A stretch of DNA of 64,000 bases from an uncultured Acidimicrobiaceae bacterium. Its GTDB lineage: Bacteria > Actinomycetota > Acidimicrobiia > Acidimicrobiales > RAAP-2. Positions 1 through 8,756 of this stretch are shown in pieces (position 1 is the stretch's first letter; each line of letters starts with the position of its first letter). The DNA lies in the NCBI GenBank assembly GCA_963717455.1, contig OY970336.1, forward strand, positions 5,202,570 to 5,266,569, in the 5' to 3' direction. The notes under the pieces are model-generated. The model had not been told where the DNA came from, did no database searches, and saw only the letters and a program-made list of their open reading frames with translations. A program made the translations under genes and the position numbers.

Positions 1-146
1 ACCGCGTTGAAGAGGGTGGTCTTGCCCGCGCCGTTGGGCCCGATGAGGCCGGTCACGCTGCCGGCGTCGACGCTCAGGTCGGCCCCGCGCAGCGTGTGCA
101 CCCCTCCGAATCGCACCTCGGCTTCCGCTACCTGCAGAAGCGGCAT
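1..146 (-). CDS. ABC transporter ATP-binding protein, N-terminal fragment (LivG / branched-chain amino acid type). The gene continues past the window start.
   Basis: Reverse-strand translation from the ATG at 146-144 reads [49 protein letters not shown], with Walker A GPNGAGKT. It is too short to appear in the ORF track. Confidence 0.7.
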   Translation of the reverse strand, partial: MPLLQVAEAEVRFGGVHTLRGADLSVDAGSVTGLIGPNGAGKTTLFNA

Positions 147-303
147 CGTCTCCCCCCATTGCGGTCGGGCTTGCCCCAGATCCCGCATCCCCCGGCGGCA
201 CCCTGGTTCGTCCTGGTCAGACCAGGTTCTTTGCGTTGGGAATTAGAACGGCTTCCAGTCTGGAGACTTACGGTCCAAATTTCTGGGCTCCCGCCGGAGG
301 CGT

Positions 304-309
304 TACCCT
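304..309 (+). promoter_or_regulatory. Candidate -10 hexamer TACCCT, 7 nt upstream of the pccB ATG (leaderless-type promoter)
   Basis: TAnnnT hexamer, a 7-nt spacer, then the ATG at 317. There is no Shine-Dalgarno sequence. The same architecture recurs at several other genes in this window. Confidence 0.3.
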
Positions 310-316
310 CAACCCC

Positions 317-1873
317 ATGGAACACTCCATGGCCGAGCGCCTGGCCGACCTGGCGGAACGCAAGAACGAGGCCCTCCACGCTGGTAGCCCGAGGGCCGTC
401 GAGCGGCACCACGCCAAGGGGAAGCTGACCGCCCGCGAGCGCATCGAGTACCTGCTGGACGAGGGGTCGTTCCAGGAGCTCGACATGCTGGCCCGGCACC
501 GGGCCCATGGCATGGGTCTCGAGGACAACCGGCCTTACACCGACGGTGTGGTGACCGGCTTCGGGACCATCGACGGCCGGCGGGTGTGCATCTTCAGCCA
601 GGACTTCACCGTGTTCGGTGGTGCACTGGGGGAGGTCTTCGCCGAGAAGATCCACAAGGTGATGGACCTGGCCGCCTCCACCGGCGTCCCCATGATCGGC
701 CTCAACGACGGGGCGGGGGCCCGGATCCAGGAGGGCGTGGTCTCGCTGCACTCCTACGGGGGGATCTTCCACCGCAACGTGACCTCGTCGGGGGTCATCC
801 CCCAGATCAGCGTGATCCTCGGCCCGTGCGCCGGCGGCGCCGTGTACTCGCCGGCCATGACCGACTTCATCTTCATGGTGCAGGGAACCTCGCACATGTT
901 CATCACCGGCCCCGACGTCGTGAAGACGGTGACGGGCGAGGACGTCACGCTCGAGGAGCTGGGCGGGGCGATGAGCCACGCCACCAAGTCGGGCGTCGCC
1001 ACCTTCGTGGCACCCGACGAGAAGGCCTGCCTGGACGAGGTGCGCCACCTGCTCTCGTATCTCCCCTCCAACAACCTCGAGGAGCCGCCGATCGAGCCCA
1101 CGGGCGACGAGCCGGACCGCCCCGTGACCGAGCTGATCGACTTCCTGCCGACGTCGCCGAACCAGCCCTATGACATGAAGAAGATCATCATGGCCGTGGT
1201 CGACGACGGCGAGTACATGGAGGTGCACCGCCACTGGGCCATGTCGATCACGTGCGGCTTCGCCCGCATGAACGGCCGCGTGGTCGGCATCGTGGGCAAC
1301 CAACCCGCCGTGCTGGCCGGTGTGCTCGACATCGACTCCTCGGAGAAGGCGTCGCGCTTCGTGCGGACCTGTGACGCCTTCAACATCCCGCTCCTCACGT
1401 TCGTCGACGTCCCGGGCTTCATGCCCGGCACCGACCAGGAGTACGGCGGCATCATCCGCCACGGGGCCAAGCTGCTCTACGCCTACTGCGAGGCGACGGT
1501 GCCCCGGATCCAGATCATCACCCGCAAGGCGTACGGCGGCGCGTATGTCGTCATGAACTCCAAGTCCATCGGCGCGGACCTCGCCTTCGCCTGGCCGTCG
1601 GCGGAGCTGGCCGTCATGGGCCCCAACGGCGCCGTCGAGATCGTGTACCGGCGCGAGCTGGCCGAGGCGGAGGACCCGGCCAAGCGGCGGGCCGAGCTGA
1701 TCGACGAGTACACCGAGCGCTACGCCAACCCGTACATCGCAGCCGAGCGTGGTTACATCGACGACGTGATCTCGCCGACGGACACCCGCGCCGTGATCTG
1801 CCGCAGCCTCGACATCCTCAGCTCCAAGCGCGAGGAGCTGCCGCGGCGCAAGCACGGCAACGTGCCGCTGTGA
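317..1873 (+). CDS. pccB: Acyl-CoA carboxylase carboxyltransferase (beta) subunit, propionyl-CoA carboxylase PccB/AccD5 type
   Basis: ORF 236..1873. Family-typical sequence starts at [52 protein letters not shown] and continues with [38 protein letters not shown] and [10 protein letters not shown]. Start placed at the ATG at 317. Confidence 0.9.
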   Translation: MEHSMAERLADLAERKNEALHAGSPRAVERHHAKGKLTARERIEYLLDEGSFQELDMLARHRAHGMGLEDNRPYTDGVVTGFGTIDGRRVCIFSQDFTVFGGALGEVFAEKIHKVMDLAASTGVPMIGLNDGAGARIQEGVVSLHSYGGIFHRNVTSSGVIPQISVILGPCAGGAVYSPAMTDFIFMVQGTSHMFITGPDVVKTVTGEDVTLEELGGAMSHATKSGVATFVAPDEKACLDEVRHLLSYLPSNNLEEPPIEPTGDEPDRPVTELIDFLPTSPNQPYDMKKIIMAVVDDGEYMEVHRHWAMSITCGFARMNGRVVGIVGNQPAVLAGVLDIDSSEKASRFVRTCDAFNIPLLTFVDVPGFMPGTDQEYGGIIRHGAKLLYAYCEATVPRIQIITRKAYGGAYVVMNSKSIGADLAFAWPSAELAVMGPNGAVEIVYRRELAEAEDPAKRRAELIDEYTERYANPYIAAERGYIDDVISPTDTRAVICRSLDILSSKREELPRRKHGNVPL

Positions 1874-2088
1874 TGCAGGCGGTCGACCCCGACCGGCTCG
1901 CCCTGCAGCCCCGGCCCGAGCCCGATCCCGCCGTGCTGGCCGCCATCGCTGCCGCCGTCCAGCTGGCGTGGCCCCGCCCCGCCCCGGCCGACGAGCACGA
2001 CCCGGTGCACCAGCCCTGGCGCTTCAGCGGGCGCTGGTGGCACGAGCCCGTGCCGCTGCGGCGCGGCCGTCCCAGGGCGCGCCGCTGA
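1870..2088 (+). CDS. Acyl-CoA carboxylase epsilon subunit (small accessory subunit)
   Basis: A 72-aa ORF overlapping the pccB stop (GTGATG at 1870-1875). It is Pro/Ala-rich with the typical WRFSGRWW motif and sits directly after the beta subunit, as in actinobacterial acc/pcc loci. Confidence 0.7.
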   Translation: MMQAVDPDRLALQPRPEPDPAVLAAIAAAVQLAWPRPAPADEHDPVHQPWRFSGRWWHEPVPLRRGRPRARR

Positions 2089-2408
2089 CCGTCTACGTCG
2101 ACGACTGGCGACAGGCGGCGACGGTGCGTGACCACACCGGCCGCTGGTCCCACCTGTTGGCCGACGATCCCGACGAGCTCCACGCGATGGCGGCCGCGCT
2201 CGGGATCCCACTCCGTGGCTACCAGCGCCACCGGCGCTCCGAGGCCCTGAACCACTACGACGTGCCCGAGAGCCTCCGGCAGCGCGCCATCGAGCTCGGC
2301 GCCGTCCCCGTGACGTGGCGCGAGATGGCCCGCCTCACGCGCCAGTGGCGGCGCGCTCGGCGCTCAGCCAGCGCGACCAGGTCCTCCATGATGCGGTCGA
2401 ACGAGTAG
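2085..2408 (+). CDS. DUF4031 domain protein (start codon uncertain: CTG at 2085 or GTG at 2037)
   Basis: [81 protein letters not shown] matches the DUF4031 pattern (VyVDD..W.HL.aD...ELH.fA...G......HYDV....R..A...GA..vt.rE). Confidence 0.6.
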   Translation: MTVYVDDWRQAATVRDHTGRWSHLLADDPDELHAMAAALGIPLRGYQRHRRSEALNHYDVPESLRQRAIELGAVPVTWREMARLTRQWRRARRSASATRSSMMRSNE

Positions 2409-4327
2409 TCCTTGGGCGTGTAGACGGACGCCACGCCCTTGCCCAGCAGAAGCTCGGCGTCGTCGGGCGGGATGATGCCGCCCACCACGACGGCCGCCGA
2501 GCTGCCGGCGGCGCGCAGGCGGTCGAGCACGTCGGGCACCAGCTCCAGGTGGGAGCCCGACAGGATGGACAGGCCGACGATGTTGACGTCCTCGTCGCGG
2601 GCGGCGGCCACGATCTGCGCCGGGGTCAGCCTGATGCCCTGGTAGATCACCTCGAACCCGGCGTCGCGGGCCGCCACGGCGATCTGCTCGGCCCCGTTCG
2701 AGTGCCCGTCGAGCCCTGGCTTGGCCACCAGGAAGCGGGGCGGTCCGCCGGTTCGATCGGCCAGTGCCTTGGTGCGGAGCCGGATGGGGGCGAGGTCGTC
2801 GCCGCGCCGGCCCACCCCGCCGCTGACGCCGGTGGGGGCCCGGAACTCCCCGAACACGTCGCGCAGGGCGCCCGCCCACTCCCCCGTCGTGCCGCCGGCG
2901 TGGGCCAGGGCGATGGTGGCCTCCATGATGTTGCCGTCGGGGCCCTCGTCGGCGGCGACCCGGCGCAGCGCGTCGAGCGCCTTGCGCACGGCGCCCCCGT
3001 CGCGCGCCGCCCGCCAACGCTCCAGGTCCGCGATCTGCTCGGCCTCGACCCGGTGGTCGACGCGGAGGATGTTCTCGATCTCGCCGTCGCCGAGGAGGGG
3101 CGAGGGGGCGGTCTCGGTGAAGCAGTTGACGCCCACCACCTTCTGCTCGCCCGTCTCGATACGGCGCACTCGCTCGGCCTGGCTGCGCACGAGCCGCCGC
3201 TTGAGCTCGTCGATGGCCTCGAAGGCTCCGCCGAGCGCCTCCACGTCGGCCAGCTCGGCCGCCGCCGCCTCGGCCAGCTGGGCCGTCTTCTTCTCCATCA
3301 CCACCGAACCCTCGAAGATGTCGTCGTACTCGAGCAGGTCGGACTCGAAGGCGAGGACCTGCTGCATGCGCAACGACCACTGCTGGTCCCAGGGGCGGGG
3401 CAGGCCGAGCGCCTCGTTCCAGGCCGGCAGCTGCATGGCGCGGGCCCGGGCATCCTTGGACAGGGTGACGCCGAGGGTCTCGAGGACGATGCGCTGCACG
3501 TTGTTCTCGGGCTGCTGCTCGGTGAGCCCGAGGGAGTTGACCTGCACGCCGTAGCGGAAGCGGCGCAGCTTGGGGTCCTGCACGCCGTAGCGCTCGCGGC
3601 AGATGCGGTCCCACAGCCCGGTGAAGGCCCGCATCTTGCAGGTCTCCTCGACGAAGCGGACGCTCGAGTTCACGAAGAAGCTGATGCGGCCGACGACCGC
3701 CGGCAGCTCGCTGTCATCGATCTTGCCCGAGCCGCGCACGCCGTCGAGCACGCCTATGGCGGTGGCCAACGCGTACGCGATCTCCTGGGTGGGGGTGGCG
3801 CCCGCCTCCTGCAGGTGGTAGCTGCACACGTTGATCGGGTTCCACTTTGGCGCGTGACGCACCGTGTAGGCGATGGTGTCGACGGTGAGGCGCAGGCTCG
3901 GGCCCGGCGGGAAGATGTACGTCCCGCGGCTCAGGTACTCCTTCACGATGTCGTTCTGAGTGGTGCCGGCCAGCAGCGCCGGGTCGACTCCCAGGTCCTG
4001 CGCGTGGGCGACGTAGAGGCCGAGGAGCCAGGCCGCCGTGGCGTTGATCGTCATGGACGTGTTCATGTCCTGCACCGGGATGCCCTCGAGCAGCTCCTTC
4101 ATGTGGCCGAGGTGGGCCACCGGGACCCCGACCTTGCCCACCTCCCCCGCCGCCTCGGGGGCGTCGGGGTCGTAGCCCGTCTGGGTCGGCAGGTCGAAGG
4201 CGACGGAGAGCCCCGTCTGCCCCTTCGCGAGGTTGGTGCGGTAGAGCTCGTTGGAGGCGCGCGCGGTGGAATGGCCCGAGTAGGTGCGCATCACCCACGG
4301 CGCGTCACGCTGCGGGTCTGTAGCCAT
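2255..4327 (-). CDS. ecm: Coenzyme B12-dependent acyl-CoA mutase: fused catalytic and cobalamin-binding domains. Best fit is ethylmalonyl-CoA mutase (Ecm/MeaA).
   Basis: PWVMRTYSGHSTARASNELYRTNLAKGQTGLSVAFDLPTQTGYD, NTSMTINATA, CSYHLQEAGAT, GLDGHSNGAEQIA and GLSILSGSH (B12 domain). A single polypeptide with an Ecm-like N-terminus, and ccr lies nearby. Start set at the ATG at 4327, 6 nt after GGAGGTG. Confidence 0.8.
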   Translation of the reverse strand: MATDPQRDAPWVMRTYSGHSTARASNELYRTNLAKGQTGLSVAFDLPTQTGYDPDAPEAAGEVGKVGVPVAHLGHMKELLEGIPVQDMNTSMTINATAAWLLGLYVAHAQDLGVDPALLAGTTQNDIVKEYLSRGTYIFPPGPSLRLTVDTIAYTVRHAPKWNPINVCSYHLQEAGATPTQEIAYALATAIGVLDGVRGSGKIDDSELPAVVGRISFFVNSSVRFVEETCKMRAFTGLWDRICRERYGVQDPKLRRFRYGVQVNSLGLTEQQPENNVQRIVLETLGVTLSKDARARAMQLPAWNEALGLPRPWDQQWSLRMQQVLAFESDLLEYDDIFEGSVVMEKKTAQLAEAAAAELADVEALGGAFEAIDELKRRLVRSQAERVRRIETGEQKVVGVNCFTETAPSPLLGDGEIENILRVDHRVEAEQIADLERWRAARDGGAVRKALDALRRVAADEGPDGNIMEATIALAHAGGTTGEWAGALRDVFGEFRAPTGVSGGVGRRGDDLAPIRLRTKALADRTGGPPRFLVAKPGLDGHSNGAEQIAVAARDAGFEVIYQGIRLTPAQIVAAARDEDVNIVGLSILSGSHLELVPDVLDRLRAAGSSAAVVVGGIIPPDDAELLLGKGVASVYTPKDYSFDRIMEDLVALAERRARRHWRVRRAISRHVTGTAPSSMARCRRLSGTS

Positions 4328-4393
4328 TCCATTCACCTCCAGAGGGTGGGGTGCTCCACCATTCTGCCCGCCCGGGCCGGGGTCACCGCGCGG

Positions 4394-5254
4394 CTACCGG
4401 CTGTAGTCGTAGAAGCCCTTCTGGGTCTTGCGGCCGAGCTGCCCCGAGGTGACGAGGCGGCGCAGCAGCGGCACGGCGGCGTAGTTGGGGTCGCGGTACT
4501 CGTCGTAGAGCGCATCGAGGATGGCCAGCGACGTGTCGAGCCCGACGAGGTCGAGCAGCGCGAACGGGCCCATCGGGAAGCCGCAGCCGCCCTTCATCGC
4601 GCTGTCGATCCCCTCCCTGGTGGCCACCCCCTGCTCCAGCAGGCGCACCGCGTTGTTGAGGTAGGGGAACAGGAGCGCGTTGACGACGAAGCCGGCCTGG
4701 TCCTTCACCTCGACGGGGTCCTTGCCGCAGGAGTCGGCGAAGGAGACGGCAGCCGCGACGGTGGCGTCGCCGGCCGTAATCGGCCGTACGACCTCGACCA
4801 GTGACATGGCCGGGGCGGGGTTGAAGAAGTGGATGCCGCACACGAGATCGGGTCGGCCCGTCGCCATCGCCATCTCGACCACCGGCAGGGTGGAGGTGTT
4901 GGTGGCGAGGATCGTCTCGGGCTTGCAAATGCTGTCGAGCTCGGCGAAGAGGTCCTTCTTCACCGAGAGGTCCTCCACCACCGACTCGATCACGAGGTCG
5001 ACGTCGACCAGCTCGCCGAGGTGTGTGGTGGCCCGGACGCGGCCCGAGATCTCCGCCGCCTCGGGCTCCGTGCGCTTGCCCTTCTCCACCTGCTTGGCGA
5101 GTGACTTGGCGAGCCCGGCCACCATGGCGTCGGCGGCGGCCTGGCTCCGGCTGCGCAGCACCACCTCGTGGCCGCTGGCCGCAGCCACCTCGGCGATGCC
5201 CAAGCCCATGATCCCTGAACCGACGATTCCCACCCGGTTGATCGACATGGCCAC
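4394..5254 (-). CDS. hbd: 3-hydroxybutyryl-CoA / 3-hydroxyacyl-CoA dehydrogenase (NAD-binding)
   Basis: INRVGIVGSGIMGLGIAEVAA Rossmann motif, TNTSTLPV, HFFNPAP, and a C-terminal GRKTQKGFYDY. The start is either GTG at 5254 or ATG at 5248. Confidence 0.88.
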   Translation of the reverse strand: MAMSINRVGIVGSGIMGLGIAEVAAASGHEVVLRSRSQAAADAMVAGLAKSLAKQVEKGKRTEPEAAEISGRVRATTHLGELVDVDLVIESVVEDLSVKKDLFAELDSICKPETILATNTSTLPVVEMAMATGRPDLVCGIHFFNPAPAMSLVEVVRPITAGDATVAAAVSFADSCGKDPVEVKDQAGFVVNALLFPYLNNAVRLLEQGVATREGIDSAMKGGCGFPMGPFALLDLVGLDTSLAILDALYDEYRDPNYAAVPLLRRLVTSGQLGRKTQKGFYDYSR

Positions 5255-5322
5255 GAAGCTTACCGGCCGGTAACCGCGGCGTCGAAGCCGGAGCGCCTCC
5301 CCCGGGCGTGCAAGAGTGGCGC

Positions 5323-6009
5323 ATGGCGACGACCGGCACGCTGGCCCTGGTGGGGGGTGGAGAATGGACCGAGGGCTGCACCTTCGACGCCGCCCTGCTG
5401 GAGGCGTCGGGCGGGAACGACGTGCTCGTGCTGCCGACTGCGGCTGCCTACCAGCACCCCGAGCGGGTCGTGCTCCAGGCGGCCGAGTGGTTCGGGCCGC
5501 TGGGGGGCCAGGTGGAGGGGTTGATGGTGGTGGACCGCGCCTCGGCCGAGGACCCGGGCATGGCGGCGACCGTGGCCGGGGCCCGCTTCATCTACCTGGC
5601 CGGGGGCTCGCCCCTGCACCTGCGCGCCGCGCTCAAGAAGTCAGCGGTCTTCGGAGCACTGCAACGGGCCTTCGCGGCCGGGGCGGTCGTGGCCGGAGCG
5701 GGGGCCGGGGCGATGGTGCTCACCGACCCGATGGTCGACCCGCGGGGCGGCGCGCTGACGCTCGGGCTCGGGCTCGTCGACAACCTCGCCGTCGTCCCGC
5801 ACTTCGGCGACGAGCATGACGACGCCCATGGGCAAAAGCTCGAGCGCACGGTGGCGATGGCGCCGGCGGCACTGCCGGTGGTCGCTCTCCCGGCGCGCAC
5901 CGCGCTGATCAAGGACGGCGGTGGGGCCTGGCGCTCCGAAGGCGCGGGGACGCCGGTCGTATTCGTGGCAGGGGCGCAGACCGAGGGGCTCGGCGCGCTG
6001 AAGGGCTGA
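5323..6009 (+). CDS. Peptidase S51 / cyanophycinase-like protein in which the expected nucleophile serine appears to be replaced
   Basis: LALVGGGEW, FIYLAGGSPLHL and AVVPHF resemble the cyanophycinase/dipeptidase E fold. The position of the GxSxG nucleophile reads AGAGAGA. Confidence 0.55.
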   Translation: MATTGTLALVGGGEWTEGCTFDAALLEASGGNDVLVLPTAAAYQHPERVVLQAAEWFGPLGGQVEGLMVVDRASAEDPGMAATVAGARFIYLAGGSPLHLRAALKKSAVFGALQRAFAAGAVVAGAGAGAMVLTDPMVDPRGGALTLGLGLVDNLAVVPHFGDEHDDAHGQKLERTVAMAPAALPVVALPARTALIKDGGGAWRSEGAGTPVVFVAGAQTEGLGALKG

Positions 6010-6021
6010 GGCCCGGGAGGC

Positions 6022-6579
6022 TCAGTCCTTCTCCTCGATGGTCACGCTCTCGATCATCACGCGCTCGGTCGGCGTGCCCGATCGGGTGCCGACGGCGTCG
6101 ATCCGCTCCACGACGTCGAGGCCGCTCACGAGTTCCCCGAAATACGAGTAGAGCGGGGGCAGGCGAACCCCGTCGGGGCCGCTGATCACGAAGAACTGGC
6201 TGCCGTTCGTGTTCGGCCCCGCGTTGGCCATGGCCAGCGAGCCCACCTGGTAACGCCCGGCGGCCGGCAGCTCGTCGTCGAAGCGGTAGCCCGGGCCGCC
6301 CGAGCCGGACCCCGTTGGGTCACCGCCCTGGAGCACGAAGCCCGGGATGATGCGGTGGAAGACGACGCCGTCGTAGTAGTGGTAGCGCGCCAGGAACACG
6401 AAGCTGTTGACCGCCCTCGGCGCGGCGAGGGCGTCGAGCGCGATGACCATCGTGCCGTGCGAGGTGACCATGGTCGCCACGTAGCGCTTTTCCGTGTCGA
6501 TGATCATCGGTGGCTCTTCGTCGAATTTGCGCTGCTGGGGACTCGAGCCGTCGGCGGCGGGTGGAGTGGGGGTGGCCAT
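6022..6579 (-). CDS. Peptidyl-prolyl cis-trans isomerase, cyclophilin type (soluble)
   Basis: FHRIIPGFVLQGGDPTGSGSGGPGY, SLAMANAGPNTNGSQFFI and FGELVSGLDVV. Confidence 0.9.
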   Translation of the reverse strand: MATPTPPAADGSSPQQRKFDEEPPMIIDTEKRYVATMVTSHGTMVIALDALAAPRAVNSFVFLARYHYYDGVVFHRIIPGFVLQGGDPTGSGSGGPGYRFDDELPAAGRYQVGSLAMANAGPNTNGSQFFVISGPDGVRLPPLYSYFGELVSGLDVVERIDAVGTRSGTPTERVMIESVTIEEKD

Positions 6580-6591
6580 GGCTGAGCGTCC

Positions 6592-7407
6592 TTACGATTG
6601 GTGGATGGTGATGGAGAGGATGCGCTGCGTGACATCGGGCGGGACACCAGCCGCGGATCCCTGCTGGTTGATGGTGTGCACGACGTTCATACCCGATGTG
6701 ACCGATCCGAACAGGGCGTAGGTGTTGGACAGGCTCTCACCCTGCGGGCCGGCCACGATGAAGAACTGGCTGCCTCCCGTGTTGGGTGAGCCCGTGTTCG
6801 CCATGGCGACCGAGCCCAGCGGGTACTGCTGGGCCGGGTTGGCGGCCTTGGGCGGGTTCTCGTCGGGGATGGTGTAGCCGGGGCCGCCGCTGCCCGTGCC
6901 GGTCGGGTCGCCCGTCTGGTCCATGAACCCCGGGATGACCCGGTGGAAGATCACGCAGTGGTAGTAGCCCTTGTTCGCCAGGAAGACGAAATTGTTGACC
7001 GTCTTCGGCGCTGTCGTGGGATCCAAGGTGATGTCGAACGTGCCGGTGGTCGTCACGACCGTGGCCGTGTACGTCTTGGAGGTGTCGATGGTCAGGGGCG
7101 GCGCCGCCGAGTACTTCTGGGTGTTCACCGTGGTCTTGGTGCTGGCCGGGCAGCCGGCCTTGACGGCGACCTCGTTGGCCTGGGCCTGCAGCTTGGCGTT
7201 GGCGCCCTTCGGGGCGGTCGTCGTGGTGGTGGACTTGGAACCGTTGCTCCCGCTCGAGACGGCGAAGGCGATCCCGACGATGGCCCCGGCGACCACCACG
7301 ACGAGGATGGCGTTGCGGATCTGCTTGCGGCGCTTCTGCCGCCTCGCCTCCTCGGCCAGGCGGGCCTCTCTCGCGGCGCGCTGGCGGGCTCTCTTGTCGC
7401 TGGGCAC
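6592..7407 (-). CDS. Membrane-anchored cyclophilin-type peptidyl-prolyl isomerase
   Basis: A basic N-terminus, one TM helix (ILVVVVAGAIVGIAFAV), a Thr/Ser linker and a cyclophilin core (FHRVIPGFMDQTGDPTGTGSGGPGY, MANTGSPNTGGSQFFI). GTG start at 7407. Confidence 0.85.
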   Translation of the reverse strand: MPSDKRARQRAAREARLAEEARRQKRRKQIRNAILVVVVAGAIVGIAFAVSSGSNGSKSTTTTTAPKGANAKLQAQANEVAVKAGCPASTKTTVNTQKYSAAPPLTIDTSKTYTATVVTTTGTFDITLDPTTAPKTVNNFVFLANKGYYHCVIFHRVIPGFMDQTGDPTGTGSGGPGYTIPDENPPKAANPAQQYPLGSVAMANTGSPNTGGSQFFIVAGPQGESLSNTYALFGSVTSGMNVVHTINQQGSAAGVPPDVTQRILSITIHQS

Positions 7408-7531
7408 GGCCCGAGACCCTACCCAATCCCGGGGGTGGTCTCGGATCGCCCCGGGCCACGGAGGGGCACGTCGAGGGCCCCTCGGGTCCCGGGACCGCTC
7501 TGTTGCGGCAGTCGGGCCGTTACCCAGTCTG

Positions 7532-7537
7532 TAGCCT
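7532..7537 (+). promoter_or_regulatory. Candidate -10 hexamer TAGCCT, 7 nt upstream of the aspartate kinase ATG (leaderless-type)
   Basis: TAnnnT followed by 7 nt and the ATG at 7545, with no SD sequence. Confidence 0.3.
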
Positions 7538-7544
7538 CGTCCGG

Positions 7545-8756
7545 ATGCCGCTGGTCGTCCAGAAGTTCGGGGGTACCTCGGTCGGCGACGCCGATCGGAT
7601 CCGTGCCGTGGCCGACCACATCGCGCGCACCCGTCGCCAGGGGTCCGACGTGGTGGCCGTGGTCAGCGCCATGGGCAAGACCACCGACGACCTGATCCAC
7701 CTGGCCAACTCCGTCAGCACCACGCAACCGCCGCGCGAGTACGACATGCTCGTCAGCACCGGCGAGCGGATCTCCATGTCGCTGCTCGTGATGGCGCTGG
7801 CCGACCTCGGGGTCGACGCCGCCTCCTTCACCGGGAGCCAGGTCGGCATCATCACGGACAGCGACCACACCCGAGCCAAGATCAAGGAGGTCAAGGGCGA
7901 CCGCCTGCGCGAGGCGCTGGCCGCCGGAAAGGTGCCGGTCGTCGCCGGGTTCCAGGGAGTCTCGGCGGAGCGCGAGATCACCACCCTCGGTCGCGGCGGG
8001 TCCGACGCCACGGCCGTGGCGCTGGCGGCCGTCCTCGACGCCGACGCCTGCGAGATCTACACCGACGTCACGGGCGTCTTCACCGCCGATCCACGGATCG
8101 TGCCCGAGGCGCACCGCATCAACCGGATCTCGTTCGACGAGATGCTCGAGATGGCGGCCACCGGTGGACGGGTCCTCATGCTGCGGGCCGTCGAGTTCGC
8201 CCGCAACCACAACGTCCCGCTGCACGTGCGCAGCAGCTTCACCTGGGAGCCGGGCACCTGGGTCGTCGAGGAGGATGCAGACATGGAAGAAGCCGTCGTC
8301 ACCGCCGTGACCCACGACACCTCGGAGGCCAAGGTCACCGTGAGCGGGGTGCCGGACCGGCCCGGGGTGGCGGCGAGGCTGTTCCGCGCCCTGGCCGACA
8401 AGTCGATCAACGTGGACATGATCGTGCAGAACACGTCCGCCCACGGGACGACCGACATCTCGTTCACCGTGCCCACCGCCGACCTCGCGGTGGCGGTCGA
8501 GACGTCGCGGAGCCACGCCGACGAGCTGGGAGCGTCCGGAGTGACGGCGGACGCAGAGGTGGCACGGGTCTCGCTCGTCGGGGTCGGCATGAAGTCGCAC
8601 CCGGGCATCGCGGCCACCATGTTCGAGACGCTGGCCGACGAGAACATCAACATCGACATGATCTCCACCTCGACGATCCGGACCTCGTGCATCGTGGCCG
8701 AGGACGACGTCGAGCGGGCCGTGCGCAGCCTGCACAGGGCGTTCGCCCTGGACTGA
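7545..8756 (+). CDS. lysC: Aspartate kinase
   Basis: MPLVVQKFGGTSVGDADRIRAVA, VVSAMGKTTDDL, GFQGVS, TTLGRGGSDATAVALA and C-terminal ACT domains. An internal SD plus ATG at 8283 fits an in-frame beta subunit. Confidence 0.92.
   Translation: MPLVVQKFGGTSVGDADRIRAVADHIARTRRQGSDVVAVVSAMGKTTDDLIHLANSVSTTQPPREYDMLVSTGERISMSLLVMALADLGVDAASFTGSQVGIITDSDHTRAKIKEVKGDRLREALAAGKVPVVAGFQGVSAEREITTLGRGGSDATAVALAAVLDADACEIYTDVTGVFTADPRIVPEAHRINRISFDEMLEMAATGGRVLMLRAVEFARNHNVPLHVRSSFTWEPGTWVVEEDADMEEAVVTAVTHDTSEAKVTVSGVPDRPGVAARLFRALADKSINVDMIVQNTSAHGTTDISFTVPTADLAVAVETSRSHADELGASGVTADAEVARVSLVGVGMKSHPGIAATMFETLADENINIDMISTSTIRTSCIVAEDDVERAVRSLHRAFALD

Noticed and set aside
4328-4393. A possible cobalamin riboswitch ahead of the B12-dependent mutase
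   Set aside because: The spacer to the upstream hbd gene is only 66 nt, far too short for a cobalamin riboswitch. The two genes look co-transcribed.
2315-4804. An 829-aa plus-strand ORF
   Set aside because: It is antisense to the mutase and hbd genes, has shadow-ORF composition and contains no conserved motifs.
7408-7544. A possible lysine/amino-acid riboswitch or attenuator upstream of aspartate kinase
   Set aside because: The 137-nt divergent spacer is too short for a lysine riboswitch. It is better explained by two back-to-back leaderless-type promoters (TAGGGT for the cyclophilin, TAGCCT for lysC).
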